From: an uncultured virus (IMG/VR IMGVR_UViG_3300044825_002550)
Taxonomy: Duplodnaviria > Heunggongvirae > Uroviricota > Caudoviricetes
IMG/VR virus record: IMGVR_UViG_3300044825_002550
Direction: 5' to 3' (one strand)
Length of the DNA: 64,000 nucleotides
Shown one piece after another: positions 39,890-49,940 of this stretch. Below the pieces are notes generated by a model. That model was not told where the DNA came from. It saw only the letters and a list, made by a program, of their open reading frames with translations, and searched no databases. How positions within the stretch are numbered: the first letter of the stretch is position 1; every line of letters starts with the position of its first letter. Position numbers and translations under genes: made by a program.

Positions 39890-41824
39890 ATGCCAAACGT
39901 ACAAGCTAGGTTTAGTGCCAACCCCCAAAAACCTGTTTTAGGAAGCTCTTTTCATCAACAAGCAGATGGTCAAGTTCCTGTCTGTTTTATTACCGATATA
40001 AAGAACAAAATACTTATACAGCATAAACCAACAGAGACAAGTGAGTGGGTTGTATCAAGATCAAGAATAAATATTACTAGGCTATGGGCTTGCTCTACAG
40101 CTTTTATAAAGTGTGTTTGCGCTATACCGGATAATGATGTCCCTACTCCCCCTTTAACAAATACACCCGTATTCAGACCAAAACCTCAACAGAGAGACTC
40201 TAGTGACATAATTTCAGAGGACGCTAGTACTCCTTACCCATTAGGTATAGGAGATGAAATCTGTGTTTATTTTGGTTATTTAAATAACATTTCTGAAGAT
40301 ATAAAAAAGGAGGACATAGGGGCTAAATTTAGAAGAGTTTTTATAGGGGGTATTGACACTATTACAGAAGCTAGTAACTTTAATGAGGGCGTTACCATAG
40401 CTATAGAATGCAGGGATAGAATGAAATATTTAATGGATTCTATTTCTAATTATAACCCTGCTGATACTTCTAAACCTCAACTTGCAGAAAGTGAACGCAG
40501 TAAGGCCAGAAGCCAAGTAATTCTAGAAATTGCTAGATCCGCTGTAGGAGACTTTACTGAGAGCACTAGTTGTACTACTAACGGGTGTGGGTATAAAATA
40601 CTCCAACATACTGATAGCGGTGAGAATTATACAGACATAGATTATTTTTATACTCCTAGTGCGGTAGGAAGTTTAGCTGTTAAAGATGGGTCTAAGAAAC
40701 AATTACCTGTTTCTATAATGCCTACATTCTATATTCAAAGTACTAGACAGGATTATGGGGAGCAAGATCAAGTCAGTTTTCATATGGTTGTTGATAGATT
40801 ACCTATTGATTATTTAAAGTATATGTCTCTGCAAGAGGTCTATTACACTGAAGTATTCGCTCATAACGTTACTGGAGATTATTACTATTCTGCCAGATTT
40901 GTTAGTACAGAAGGCTTAGGCAATCCTAAACTCTTATATAGAACTTATTTTAATAGGATAACTCCTCCCGGTTTAGGCAAGCTATACAATAAAGATAATT
41001 CTATAGACAATTTACATCCCAGTCAAATAGCAATAGCTTATCAAGAAGAAAACAGTTTAATATCATGGAGATCAAATGTAATTATTAAAAATGATGGTAC
41101 TGGTCAAAACCCCTCATCTAACTTTCTTCATGTTAAAAGTACCCCTGTAAGATTTGAGAAGAGAGGTTTTCCCTGTAGCTATGTTTTTATCACCGATTCT
41201 ACTTTAAATAAACCAGCTGAGTATGCTGCAACTGCTATTGCTTATATACGCCGTGTTGGTAAGCCTGTTAGAGCGGCTGAGCTACATTTACTAGGAGACC
41301 CTAGTTTATCCCCTGGAGAACTTATTCAGGTTATTGGCTCTATGCCTAAAAATACCACTACCCCTCAAAACCAAAAAACTCTTTTAGAAGAATCTTTTAA
41401 ACAAAGACAAAATGCTATGTCTTATGCCAATCTTTACAAACAAGAGATTAAAGACATAGTAAGCGCTATTGACAGAGATGTATCTGTAACTGAAAGTTCA
41501 TCTTCTGAGTCTACCCCTGTTTCTGTTCATGGTATAAAAAAAACAGGTGACTTGACAGTACAATCTCTAACTGAAGGTACAAATATTTATTGCTCTGCTA
41601 TTACTGACTCTGCTACTACTGACCCTTCCTCTGAGAACTCAGACGACCCTGCTAGCACACCCGAGCCGAACCCATCCTCTGCTACTAGTGAGAGCTCTAA
41701 CATAGCTGATATAACTGTACTAGAGGATATAGATAGTATGTGGAGAATAGAGAATGTTCAACACCAATTTAATGACGGCAAACCCGGTTTTTACAGTATA
41801 TTAGCATTAACAAATCCTTATTGA
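39890..41824 (+). CDS. Baseplate hub protein (gp27/GpD-like)
   Basis: GDEICVYFGY, RVFIGGIDTI, IECRDRMKYL, LGDPSLSPGELI and WRIENVQHQF are typical hub motifs. Confidence 0.75.
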   Translation: MPNVQARFSANPQKPVLGSSFHQQADGQVPVCFITDIKNKILIQHKPTETSEWVVSRSRINITRLWACSTAFIKCVCAIPDNDVPTPPLTNTPVFRPKPQQRDSSDIISEDASTPYPLGIGDEICVYFGYLNNISEDIKKEDIGAKFRRVFIGGIDTITEASNFNEGVTIAIECRDRMKYLMDSISNYNPADTSKPQLAESERSKARSQVILEIARSAVGDFTESTSCTTNGCGYKILQHTDSGENYTDIDYFYTPSAVGSLAVKDGSKKQLPVSIMPTFYIQSTRQDYGEQDQVSFHMVVDRLPIDYLKYMSLQEVYYTEVFAHNVTGDYYYSARFVSTEGLGNPKLLYRTYFNRITPPGLGKLYNKDNSIDNLHPSQIAIAYQEENSLISWRSNVIIKNDGTGQNPSSNFLHVKSTPVRFEKRGFPCSYVFITDSTLNKPAEYAATAIAYIRRVGKPVRAAELHLLGDPSLSPGELIQVIGSMPKNTTTPQNQKTLLEESFKQRQNAMSYANLYKQEIKDIVSAIDRDVSVTESSSSESTPVSVHGIKKTGDLTVQSLTEGTNIYCSAITDSATTDPSSENSDDPASTPEPNPSSATSESSNIADITVLEDIDSMWRIENVQHQFNDGKPGFYSILALTNPY

Positions 41825-41825
41825 T

Positions 41826-44042
41826 ATGGCAGCCTTAAATATATCTCCTTTAGTAACACAAAGCCTTAGGCACAATAAAGTTCCAGACAAGATAGTTTTT
41901 GGTAGGGTTATAAAGGGGCCAACTGAACTTAAACTTACCACAGCTATTGTATATTTAATAGCCGATGGTTCTAAAATTGAAGTAGAATTATCAGCGGCGG
42001 TTGCAGATCAAAAGCCAAAACCAGGAGATTTAGTAGCTATACTTTTCTCTGCGGCGGACCAAGGCCTAAATCCTTTAATTATAAACTCATACAATGTTAA
42101 TGATGAAAAAAGACTAAGAGATTCCGCATTTAAAGATATTAAAGATGGTAAAAGTGACGAGCTTTTACTACCCGCTAAGATATATAATCCGACAGAATTG
42201 TCTACTGCGGGCTATTCTCTCCCAAACGTAGGGTTTAGGAGGTCAAAGAATAAAAATGATATATTAAAACTTACATTTGAAGCAGACACTAAAGAAGGTA
42301 TAAAGGTTTTTGCACCTGGTAACAAAGAGTTTAAACTAAATGGAGACCTGGTTCACGCACAGACAGAGGATGGAGATATTGCTCTTAGTTTAAAAGACAA
42401 ATATGAAACTCCAACTCAGAAAGAAGCTAGGATAAGAAAGCAGGAAGAAGATATAAAGAATCTACAGACAGCTTTAAACTTCCAGCAGGCAAACTATGTT
42501 AACCGTTTAATAAAAGACGACGGGACTATTAACATTGAAGTATTTAAGAAAGATGATAATTATACTCTATACACAGATACTGAAGTAACACAAGCCTTTG
42601 CAAAAATATATACAACCAAATCAGCTAGTGAAAATAAAGAGTTACAAGCATATCTAAAAAGGCTTAGAGAAGTAACTAAGTGTATGGAGGAGACTGCTAA
42701 ACAGTCTAAAAAAAAGACTAAGACTTTTCTAGAACAGGTTGGAGATGAACTTGTTAATCAAGTACTATTAGGAGTAGCTAAAGAGTTTGCATTAACTGCT
42801 TTAAACAGTGTATTACCGGACTATCTTAAAGTAAATATAGTTATAGAAAGAGATGAGAATGGTGATGTTTTTGTAAAAAACTTTTCTATTGGGCAAATAG
42901 TGTATGACGTTAGGGAAGATACTGTAACTGTAGGCGGCGACATCTTTAACCCTTTTATAACCTCTGGTGTAGATGAGGTTAATAAGTTATTACCCCCCTT
43001 TCTTCAAGTAAGCGCATCAGAATTAGGCTTAGAAGTCGGCGATATTGTAATAAGAAAAAATGAGCTAGAACAAGATACTCAAAAAGAATATAGAGTTAGA
43101 GATGATATTATAGTAGTTAATGGTAACGCGACTACTTATATACAAATGCGCGGACAGAAGTTTAACTTAGGTAGAGCATCAGATATATATGTCGATAGAA
43201 CAATAAGTTACGGCTTAGACGAGCTTAACAAAAACCTACCAGACTTATTTCACGTGTCTGTTAGCAGAGACCCAGATGATGATTCTAGAGTTTTTGAATC
43301 CGGTCCCTTTACTATAAAGGCAAGCGGTAAGAACGCCGGGCTATCCGTTGACCAAGAAAAACTAACACAAACTATAGAGCAGCTACCTAATGAACTATTA
43401 AATCAGGTCCCAGCTCCCCTACAAGGTACCGCTAGAGCTTTATGGAGTCAAGCTAGTAAATATATAGTAGATGATATTTTATATAGCAAAGCAACCGAAG
43501 CTAAACGAGAACGAGAACGAAAAGAAAAAGAAAAGGCTACAACCTTTGTTAAAAAGCAAAACAACCTTCTAAAGAGAAAGCAAGCCCTTGAGCGTGCTGA
43601 ACAAAGTTTACTAGTAGATAAAGAGTTATTAGAAATCAATAAGCAAATTCTAAAAGATAAAAAAGAAGAATCGTATCTTTATAGTCAAGATAGTATAGAT
43701 AAAACACAAAAAGAAATAGATCGGCTTACAAAAAAAATAGAGGCTGAAGAAAAAAGAATACCAGAAGAAAAACTTAGTATTCAGACAGAGGAACAGAGAC
43801 TAGCTAAGATTGAGCCAGATATCTCTCCTGAGTTAATTGCACAAGCTCAACAAGAAGAAGCTTCAACTGTAGCCGCGCGCTATGATGCCTGCGTCGCTAC
43901 CCTTAAAAGTGATACCCCAAAAACTAAATCTATAGCAGGTATAGGTGTTGGCGCACCTTTAGCTCCCCCAGGGCAGTCCCCTAGTGCACCTCGTTTAAGC
44001 CCGGGTAACCCTGCCTCCTCCCAACTTGCTTCTACCCCTTAA
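41826..44042 (+). CDS. Putative baseplate/spike-associated protein with OB-like N-terminus and coiled coil
   Basis: PKPGDLVAILF near the N-terminus (gp5/GpV OB-like); internal LN..LP..L.V repeats; follows the hub gene. Confidence 0.45.
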   Translation: MAALNISPLVTQSLRHNKVPDKIVFGRVIKGPTELKLTTAIVYLIADGSKIEVELSAAVADQKPKPGDLVAILFSAADQGLNPLIINSYNVNDEKRLRDSAFKDIKDGKSDELLLPAKIYNPTELSTAGYSLPNVGFRRSKNKNDILKLTFEADTKEGIKVFAPGNKEFKLNGDLVHAQTEDGDIALSLKDKYETPTQKEARIRKQEEDIKNLQTALNFQQANYVNRLIKDDGTINIEVFKKDDNYTLYTDTEVTQAFAKIYTTKSASENKELQAYLKRLREVTKCMEETAKQSKKKTKTFLEQVGDELVNQVLLGVAKEFALTALNSVLPDYLKVNIVIERDENGDVFVKNFSIGQIVYDVREDTVTVGGDIFNPFITSGVDEVNKLLPPFLQVSASELGLEVGDIVIRKNELEQDTQKEYRVRDDIIVVNGNATTYIQMRGQKFNLGRASDIYVDRTISYGLDELNKNLPDLFHVSVSRDPDDDSRVFESGPFTIKASGKNAGLSVDQEKLTQTIEQLPNELLNQVPAPLQGTARALWSQASKYIVDDILYSKATEAKRERERKEKEKATTFVKKQNNLLKRKQALERAEQSLLVDKELLEINKQILKDKKEESYLYSQDSIDKTQKEIDRLTKKIEAEEKRIPEEKLSIQTEEQRLAKIEPDISPELIAQAQQEEASTVAARYDACVATLKSDTPKTKSIAGIGVGAPLAPPGQSPSAPRLSPGNPASSQLASTP

Positions 44043-44126
44043 CAAACTCTTAGTATTTTACTAAACTAAGTTTACTTTATACGTTAAATACTTATAAAGT
44101 TTATAACCACTAACTCTATTACTTTT

Positions 44127-44756
44127 ATGTTTAAATCATATACTAATACTATTACACCCCCACCAGCTTTCTTAGATGAGGACGAAGATACTGATACTCT
44201 CTTAGTAGACAAACTTTACCTTTATTCTGTTAGATTTCCGACTGAAGTAGTTAAAGCATATAGCAATCTTATTACTTATTCCTCTTTCTATGATCTCTTT
44301 GATCTTGTTCTTTTTTCTTGTCCTGATTCCCTTTTTGGTATCCCTGTCTGTTCTCTTCAGTTTTTTATTACTAAATCTCTTAACTCTACTTTTATTCAAT
44401 CTTTTAAGTATAGCAGCTCCTACATCGAACAAACTATTAAGTCTTTAACTTCACAATCTTTACTTCAACAGTATCTTGAAACTTTTCTTCTACTTAAACC
44501 TTTTAGTATTGATTCTTTTCTTAAAGACCCTATGTACCTTATCGACTGGTGTTTGCTTGTTGACCCTTCTTATACTAGTATCTTACAACCTATTAAAGAT
44601 AGAGATATTAATAAGTTCTTTATAGAACTAGTAAATAAATCTAGTAACTGCTATATTACTATACATATCAAACCTCTATCTGACTTGCTAGAAAACATCC
44701 AACGATATTATTTTAATTACGTTTTAGGAGCAATACCAGTTCATGGTACAGTATAA
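44127..44756 (+). CDS. Hypothetical protein
   Basis: 209-aa ORF overlapping the start of the next gene. Confidence 0.6.
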   Translation: MFKSYTNTITPPPAFLDEDEDTDTLLVDKLYLYSVRFPTEVVKAYSNLITYSSFYDLFDLVLFSCPDSLFGIPVCSLQFFITKSLNSTFIQSFKYSSSYIEQTIKSLTSQSLLQQYLETFLLLKPFSIDSFLKDPMYLIDWCLLVDPSYTSILQPIKDRDINKFFIELVNKSSNCYITIHIKPLSDLLENIQRYYFNYVLGAIPVHGTV

Positions 44757-45855
44757 AGTTGGTTTACCTTTATCTCCGTACAGCCAGAAATTTGGCTATG
44801 AAATACCTGAGCGCCTTTCTACAGAACAATGGCGCAGTATTGATATAACTTTAGCTCAGGCTAATTTACAAGAACAAGCATCTAAATACAACTCCTTTAA
44901 CCTAAAATCTCCTACTCTTCTTAACTATAGAGATTATTTTGTATATAAAGCCTATGAGCATTTTATAAGAAATACTCAGTACTCAGATACACAAGAAACT
45001 TCTTTAACTAATAAGGCTGTACAAACATGGCAAACTCTCTCTTTTGATGATATATGGCCCTATACTGGCCCTAGTATAGCAGAGTTAAAAGACCCCCCTA
45101 CTTATGGTGGGGAGCTCGGCTCTTTAGCTTATTACAGCCAGTACGTTGATAGCGAGCTGCCTTTTCCTCTAGTTATAGAAGAAACTCTAAAATTTATATG
45201 GTCTATCTGTGGCTCAAACTATGATAAATTACCTAACCAACGCTTGCTAGATATTATTAATGATTGTGGCTTTACTCCTGAAATTGTTAATCTGATAGAA
45301 ACCTACAGCAAAGACCTCTTTGATTTACAACCTACTTCAAAAGAATATTTCCTTTTAGTCTACGCCAGAACGCGCGCTGTAATTCCTTCCTCTTTCTCTA
45401 ATCTTTTACTTCGCGTTCTTTTCCACGAATACCAACCTGAAATCTTTAGCTCTGTCCTCCCTTTAGTTCCTGTTATACAACAAGATAAGACTCAAAATGC
45501 TCTCTATAATGTCTCTCGCTTACTCCCTCCTTCTGGCTTTATTCTCCTCTTTCAATCCCTTATCTGTGAATCTTATATACGCTGCGCTTTGTTTATAACT
45601 TACCTCGACCCCTCTTTCTACTCCCTTTCCCTTGCACAAATTGAATCTTCTAAAGAGTTTAACTTTATTACCCTTCAAATCTCTCGTCTACTCTGTCTCG
45701 CTTTTGATTCTTTATCCGCTTTATCCGCTTTCTCTACTTTTACTCAAACTGATTCTGAACTCTCTTCTATCCAAAAAGATATAACTGCTTGGCTCGCTTT
45801 GTCTAAATCTACTATCTCTGATAAAGATGATTACAGGTTGTACTCTTTTGTATAA
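44743..45855 (+). CDS. Hypothetical protein
   Basis: 370-aa ORF within the tail operon. Confidence 0.65.
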   Translation: MVQYKVGLPLSPYSQKFGYEIPERLSTEQWRSIDITLAQANLQEQASKYNSFNLKSPTLLNYRDYFVYKAYEHFIRNTQYSDTQETSLTNKAVQTWQTLSFDDIWPYTGPSIAELKDPPTYGGELGSLAYYSQYVDSELPFPLVIEETLKFIWSICGSNYDKLPNQRLLDIINDCGFTPEIVNLIETYSKDLFDLQPTSKEYFLLVYARTRAVIPSSFSNLLLRVLFHEYQPEIFSSVLPLVPVIQQDKTQNALYNVSRLLPPSGFILLFQSLICESYIRCALFITYLDPSFYSLSLAQIESSKEFNFITLQISRLLCLAFDSLSALSAFSTFTQTDSELSSIQKDITAWLALSKSTISDKDDYRLYSFV

Positions 45856-45884
45856 GAATTATTAGTTACTAAAAGGCTTATTTT

Positions 45885-47690
45885 ATGGCAAAACAATTTT
45901 CTGGTAATACCGTAGAGAGTACAAAAACTATTCCTGGGATAGGAAGCTTAAAAACTATAAACATAACCTGTGATAACCCTATCTGCACTAAATCTACTGT
46001 TATACGCGTGTCTGGCGCTAATCCAGAAGTTTATAAGTTGATTCCTGTCTATACCGGAGATATAACACCACAGGTTACTATTACTACTAACAACAGCTCG
46101 GCTAATAGTTCTCTCCACAACATTGAATTTGATTCAGAAGGTCAAGTCCAAGTCTATGCTGTCCCCTCTGATTACCCTAAAGACTATGCTCTCTTCTCTC
46201 AGCTTTCTTCTATTAATAACTACAGCCGCTCTGTCTCTATCTCTTGCTCTAAACCATCTTCCTCCCTCTCTAACTCCTCTACCTCTTTTAACTCTTCTAC
46301 TTTTTCTGTCAATAACGATTTAAAAACTGCTAATAACCTCAGCAAGTGCTTCCCTAATACTAAGCCTAAATTTAATCAAAAGCCTGACCATAACTACATC
46401 AAAGCCGCTTATTATGAAGAAGACCATTGCGTATCTAAACAAGTTAATAACTTATATAGCCTCGCAGGTGTTTCTTTTAATGTTAAAGATAATCACGTTG
46501 ATAATGACTTACAAGCTATTACTAACTGGATTAAAAGTCTTAACCCTACAAACAGACATAAAAACAGTGTCGATTATCTAAAAGGATATAAGACTCAACT
46601 AGATTCTTCTAATAATAAATGGAATGTATGGGTTCAAGACTCTAAAAATCTATATTCCAAAGACAGGCATATCCAAACCTATCAGTCCTATTTCTGTAAA
46701 ACATACACTACTCTTTTTAATTGTGATAGAGACTTTTCTATTAATACTCCTTTATTTTATGTTAACAGCAGTACTACTACCTTTAAAAGCTCTTGTTTTA
46801 CTATCATTAGCGATATTAATAGACTAAATGCACAATATAAGTGGGATTCAGTAGACTCTTTATACACTACACGAACATCTACTAAAATAGATTACTGCAG
46901 TGAAGGACTATATCAGTATCTAAATAAACATTATGTAAAATGTGATGGGGAAGTAGTTCTATCTTCTTACTCTAAATCTGAAGAAATACTAACAACTTCT
47001 TCCTTAGAAGCACTAAGCTCTACTACTACTTGTCTTAAAGACTATACCGTAAGAGCCCATCAGTTAGTCTACCATCAATCCTATAAAGACTTGTATTCTA
47101 TCTCTAAGAAAGACTCTAAGTATATATCCGGCGGAGAATCTATCTACTCTAGTAAGGAGTCTACTACTATTGTTTCTGGCGGAGAAACCTATATAACATC
47201 CTATAAGGATATACAAGTATCTGCTACTAATATTTTAGCTTTAGATGGGAGTACAGTTCGTATTGGTATGGGCGCTTCTCGTAAAGTTACTTATAATTTA
47301 GATACTAATAAATTTGAGTCAACCTCTGAGGCAACTGGTTTACCTCCTACTAATACTAGCCCCGCTCAATCCGCTAGTACTGTCGCTTCCTCTGATTCTA
47401 ATGTCCCCCCCTCTATCGTTCCTACTAGCCCTTCTACTAATACAAACTCTGTTAAGGACCAAGAAGTAAAATCTTCTATAGAAGATGTTATAAGCCCTAA
47501 AGCCGCTGCAGACGCAGCTAGCGGTAATACTAGTACAGCAGTCTCAGAACTTAGCAGTAAAGGTCTTTCTATGGCCTCTAGTACTATCTCTAAGCTATTC
47601 TCTAAAACAGATAAACCTAAACCTTCATCTCCACCTAACCCCCCGTCTGTCTCTACTCCTCCTCCGGTTAAACCTACTACATTAGTCTAA
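45885..47690 (+). CDS. Putative central spike (beta-helix) protein
   Basis: Repetitive beta-strand segment (YISGGESIYSS, IVSGGETYITS, VSATNILALDGSTVRIG) resembling gp5/VgrG C-termini, then an S/P-rich tail. Confidence 0.5.
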   Translation: MAKQFSGNTVESTKTIPGIGSLKTINITCDNPICTKSTVIRVSGANPEVYKLIPVYTGDITPQVTITTNNSSANSSLHNIEFDSEGQVQVYAVPSDYPKDYALFSQLSSINNYSRSVSISCSKPSSSLSNSSTSFNSSTFSVNNDLKTANNLSKCFPNTKPKFNQKPDHNYIKAAYYEEDHCVSKQVNNLYSLAGVSFNVKDNHVDNDLQAITNWIKSLNPTNRHKNSVDYLKGYKTQLDSSNNKWNVWVQDSKNLYSKDRHIQTYQSYFCKTYTTLFNCDRDFSINTPLFYVNSSTTTFKSSCFTIISDINRLNAQYKWDSVDSLYTTRTSTKIDYCSEGLYQYLNKHYVKCDGEVVLSSYSKSEEILTTSSLEALSSTTTCLKDYTVRAHQLVYHQSYKDLYSISKKDSKYISGGESIYSSKESTTIVSGGETYITSYKDIQVSATNILALDGSTVRIGMGASRKVTYNLDTNKFESTSEATGLPPTNTSPAQSASTVASSDSNVPPSIVPTSPSTNTNSVKDQEVKSSIEDVISPKAAADAASGNTSTAVSELSSKGLSMASSTISKLFSKTDKPKPSSPPNPPSVSTPPPVKPTTLV

Positions 47691-47731
47691 CTTTTTTACT
47701 AACCTTTATGTAACAGAAACCTTCTTGTATA

Positions 47732-48370
47732 ATGGATAACTCTATTTTTGAACCCGCTTCTAGTTTTATTGCTAATAAATATAACCCTACCGAACACTAC
47801 TCTATTACTAGTCTTGACCTCTCTAACCCCTCTAAACCTCTAGCTGTCCTCTCCCCTACCTCTACTTTTGTTATCCCAAAACCTGGTCAGCTAGTCTCTT
47901 TTCTTAACGGTACTTGTACTTTCTATATAGATTCTATTTCTTCCGGTGTTAAAGCTGTATATGTCAGTGGAGATACTGCACAGCTAAAAGAAAAAGATTT
48001 AGGTACAATACAAAATATATATAAACCACAAGATATAAGATATAAAATTATAAACAAAACTGCAAAGCTGGGAGCGTTAAAGGTAAAGGTAAATACTCCT
48101 GTGCATCATAAGGATGGTTACTTAGGATGGACACTATATTTATATGACAGCGTGCTATTAGTAGGAAATGATCTTAATTCTAAAGGCTATATAGAGTTTT
48201 ATGGTTCTTCAGTATGGGAGCCTGGTTTATATAGAATAGTAGTATCAGCTTATGACCAATACACTAAGGGACTATTAAATATAGCTGATAAAGAAATTGA
48301 AATTACAGCCCCCGCTGCTTCCTTTGATATCGGCACTCCTTATTCCCTCCATAAACCTATAGACCTATAA
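47732..48370 (+). CDS. Hypothetical protein with Ig-like C-terminus
   Basis: WEPGLYRIVVSAYD motif. Confidence 0.6.
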   Translation: MDNSIFEPASSFIANKYNPTEHYSITSLDLSNPSKPLAVLSPTSTFVIPKPGQLVSFLNGTCTFYIDSISSGVKAVYVSGDTAQLKEKDLGTIQNIYKPQDIRYKIINKTAKLGALKVKVNTPVHHKDGYLGWTLYLYDSVLLVGNDLNSKGYIEFYGSSVWEPGLYRIVVSAYDQYTKGLLNIADKEIEITAPAASFDIGTPYSLHKPIDL

Positions 48371-48401
48371 CCTCTTAACCTCTTAACCTCTTAATTCCTT
48401 T

Positions 48402-48812
48402 ATGCGCGGCTTAATCTTTACACAAGGTGATTTGTCCCTTGATTGGGTATACTACCCCCAAATCTTTCAACACGAAGTCTCTACCCGTCTTTCTACTAAT
48501 CCCTCTTCCTACTCCAGATACTGCCTTCTAACTACTGTCGACGACAATGACCAACCCTCTTATAATATCTCCCCTCTCGACGAAAACTACGGCTGCTATC
48601 TCAGTTCTTTCCTCTCTGTCCCTGAATCAGAACTCAATGACTCCGAAATTCAAGATACTATCCAATCCTCTCTCTCTCTAGACCCTAGAGTTACTTTTAT
48701 CTCCTCTGATTATATTGGTAATGGTAATATCTCTGTTACATATAAACCCTCTGACTCCTTTGACCCATCTGACTCTAACTCTTTTACTTCTACTATAGTT
48801 AATAACTCTTAG
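48402..48812 (+). CDS. Baseplate wedge protein (gp25/GpW-like)
   Basis: GDLSL, RLST, ENYGC.L and LSLDPRV motifs; precedes baseplate J. Confidence 0.7.
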   Translation: MRGLIFTQGDLSLDWVYYPQIFQHEVSTRLSTNPSSYSRYCLLTTVDDNDQPSYNISPLDENYGCYLSSFLSVPESELNDSEIQDTIQSSLSLDPRVTFISSDYIGNGNISVTYKPSDSFDPSDSNSFTSTIVNNS

Positions 48813-48837
48813 CTCTTTCTCTTCTATTCTTACTTAT

Positions 48838-49938
48838 ATGTACTATCCTAGACTTTTTCAAGATATCTTTGATGACTATTTAAACTCAATTGAACAAGCT
48901 GGCTCCGGCTTAGACCTCCAACTTAACCCCTCTTCCCCTCTCTATGTTCTCGCCCGCGCTAATTCTACTGTTATAGCTGACCTTGAATCTCAACTTGTTA
49001 ATGTTTTTACCTCCTCTTCCCCTCTTACAGCTACAGGCTTAGACCTTGATAATCTTATATATACACCCTCTATAAAACGCTTTCCTGCTTCCTTGTCTTT
49101 TGGTTCCGTTATCGTTAAACCTACTCCTACTTCTCTCTCTATCCCTAATAATACTATTCTTACAGACCTAGATAACGGCCTTCAATTTGCTACATCTCAG
49201 TCAGCTGTAACTACAACATTTACTAACACTATTATCCCTGTTTCTTCCCTTACAACTGGCTTCTCTAATAATTTACCCGCAGGGACAGTTCTTTTCACAC
49301 CCGATTTTCCTACTATTGACTTTTTTGTTGGCTCTTCTATCTCCTCTAACAATATTTTCTTTGGCGACTTTACCGGCGGCGCTGATGAAGAAGACGATGA
49401 TTCTCTTAGAAGTAGGTTCTTAAATTTTATTACCACTCTTGACCGCACTTCCTCTCTTCCTTTTATTAAAAACGCTGTTCAATTACAACCTAATGTCTCT
49501 AAATCTTTTGTAAAAAATCGCCTTCCCGGTATCATTGAACTTTGGGTTCGCTTCTCTTCCCTTGATGGTACTACTTTTTATTCTGATACGGAAGTAGATG
49601 AATTAAAATCCTCTTTACTACCTTATATACCCGCTGGTATAAGTATCTCTATTAATGAAGCAAAAATAAAATATGTTCAACTAGCTATATCTGTTGTACC
49701 TTACTCGTCTTCCTCAGATTTTACAACTATAAACTCTCAAATCTCTTTTGCTATTGAAGACCTCGTAGCTACCTTAGATTTGGGACAAACTTTATTTCTA
49801 TCTTCTATTACTACTGCTATACTCCCTTTTGTATCTAAAGTAGTTATTACAGAACCTACTACAGATATTGTCCCTGATATGGATCAAGTTGTTGTTGTCT
49901 CTTCAATTAAACTAACTCTTCCTACTTATCAATTATAA
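48838..49938 (+). CDS. Baseplate J-like protein
   Basis: TATGLDLD, RFPAS.S.G.V, FTGGADEEDDDSLRSR and YIPAGI motifs. Confidence 0.9.
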   Translation: MYYPRLFQDIFDDYLNSIEQAGSGLDLQLNPSSPLYVLARANSTVIADLESQLVNVFTSSSPLTATGLDLDNLIYTPSIKRFPASLSFGSVIVKPTPTSLSIPNNTILTDLDNGLQFATSQSAVTTTFTNTIIPVSSLTTGFSNNLPAGTVLFTPDFPTIDFFVGSSISSNNIFFGDFTGGADEEDDDSLRSRFLNFITTLDRTSSLPFIKNAVQLQPNVSKSFVKNRLPGIIELWVRFSSLDGTTFYSDTEVDELKSSLLPYIPAGISISINEAKIKYVQLAISVVPYSSSSDFTTINSQISFAIEDLVATLDLGQTLFLSSITTAILPFVSKVVITEPTTDIVPDMDQVVVVSSIKLTLPTYQL

Positions 49939-49940
49939 CT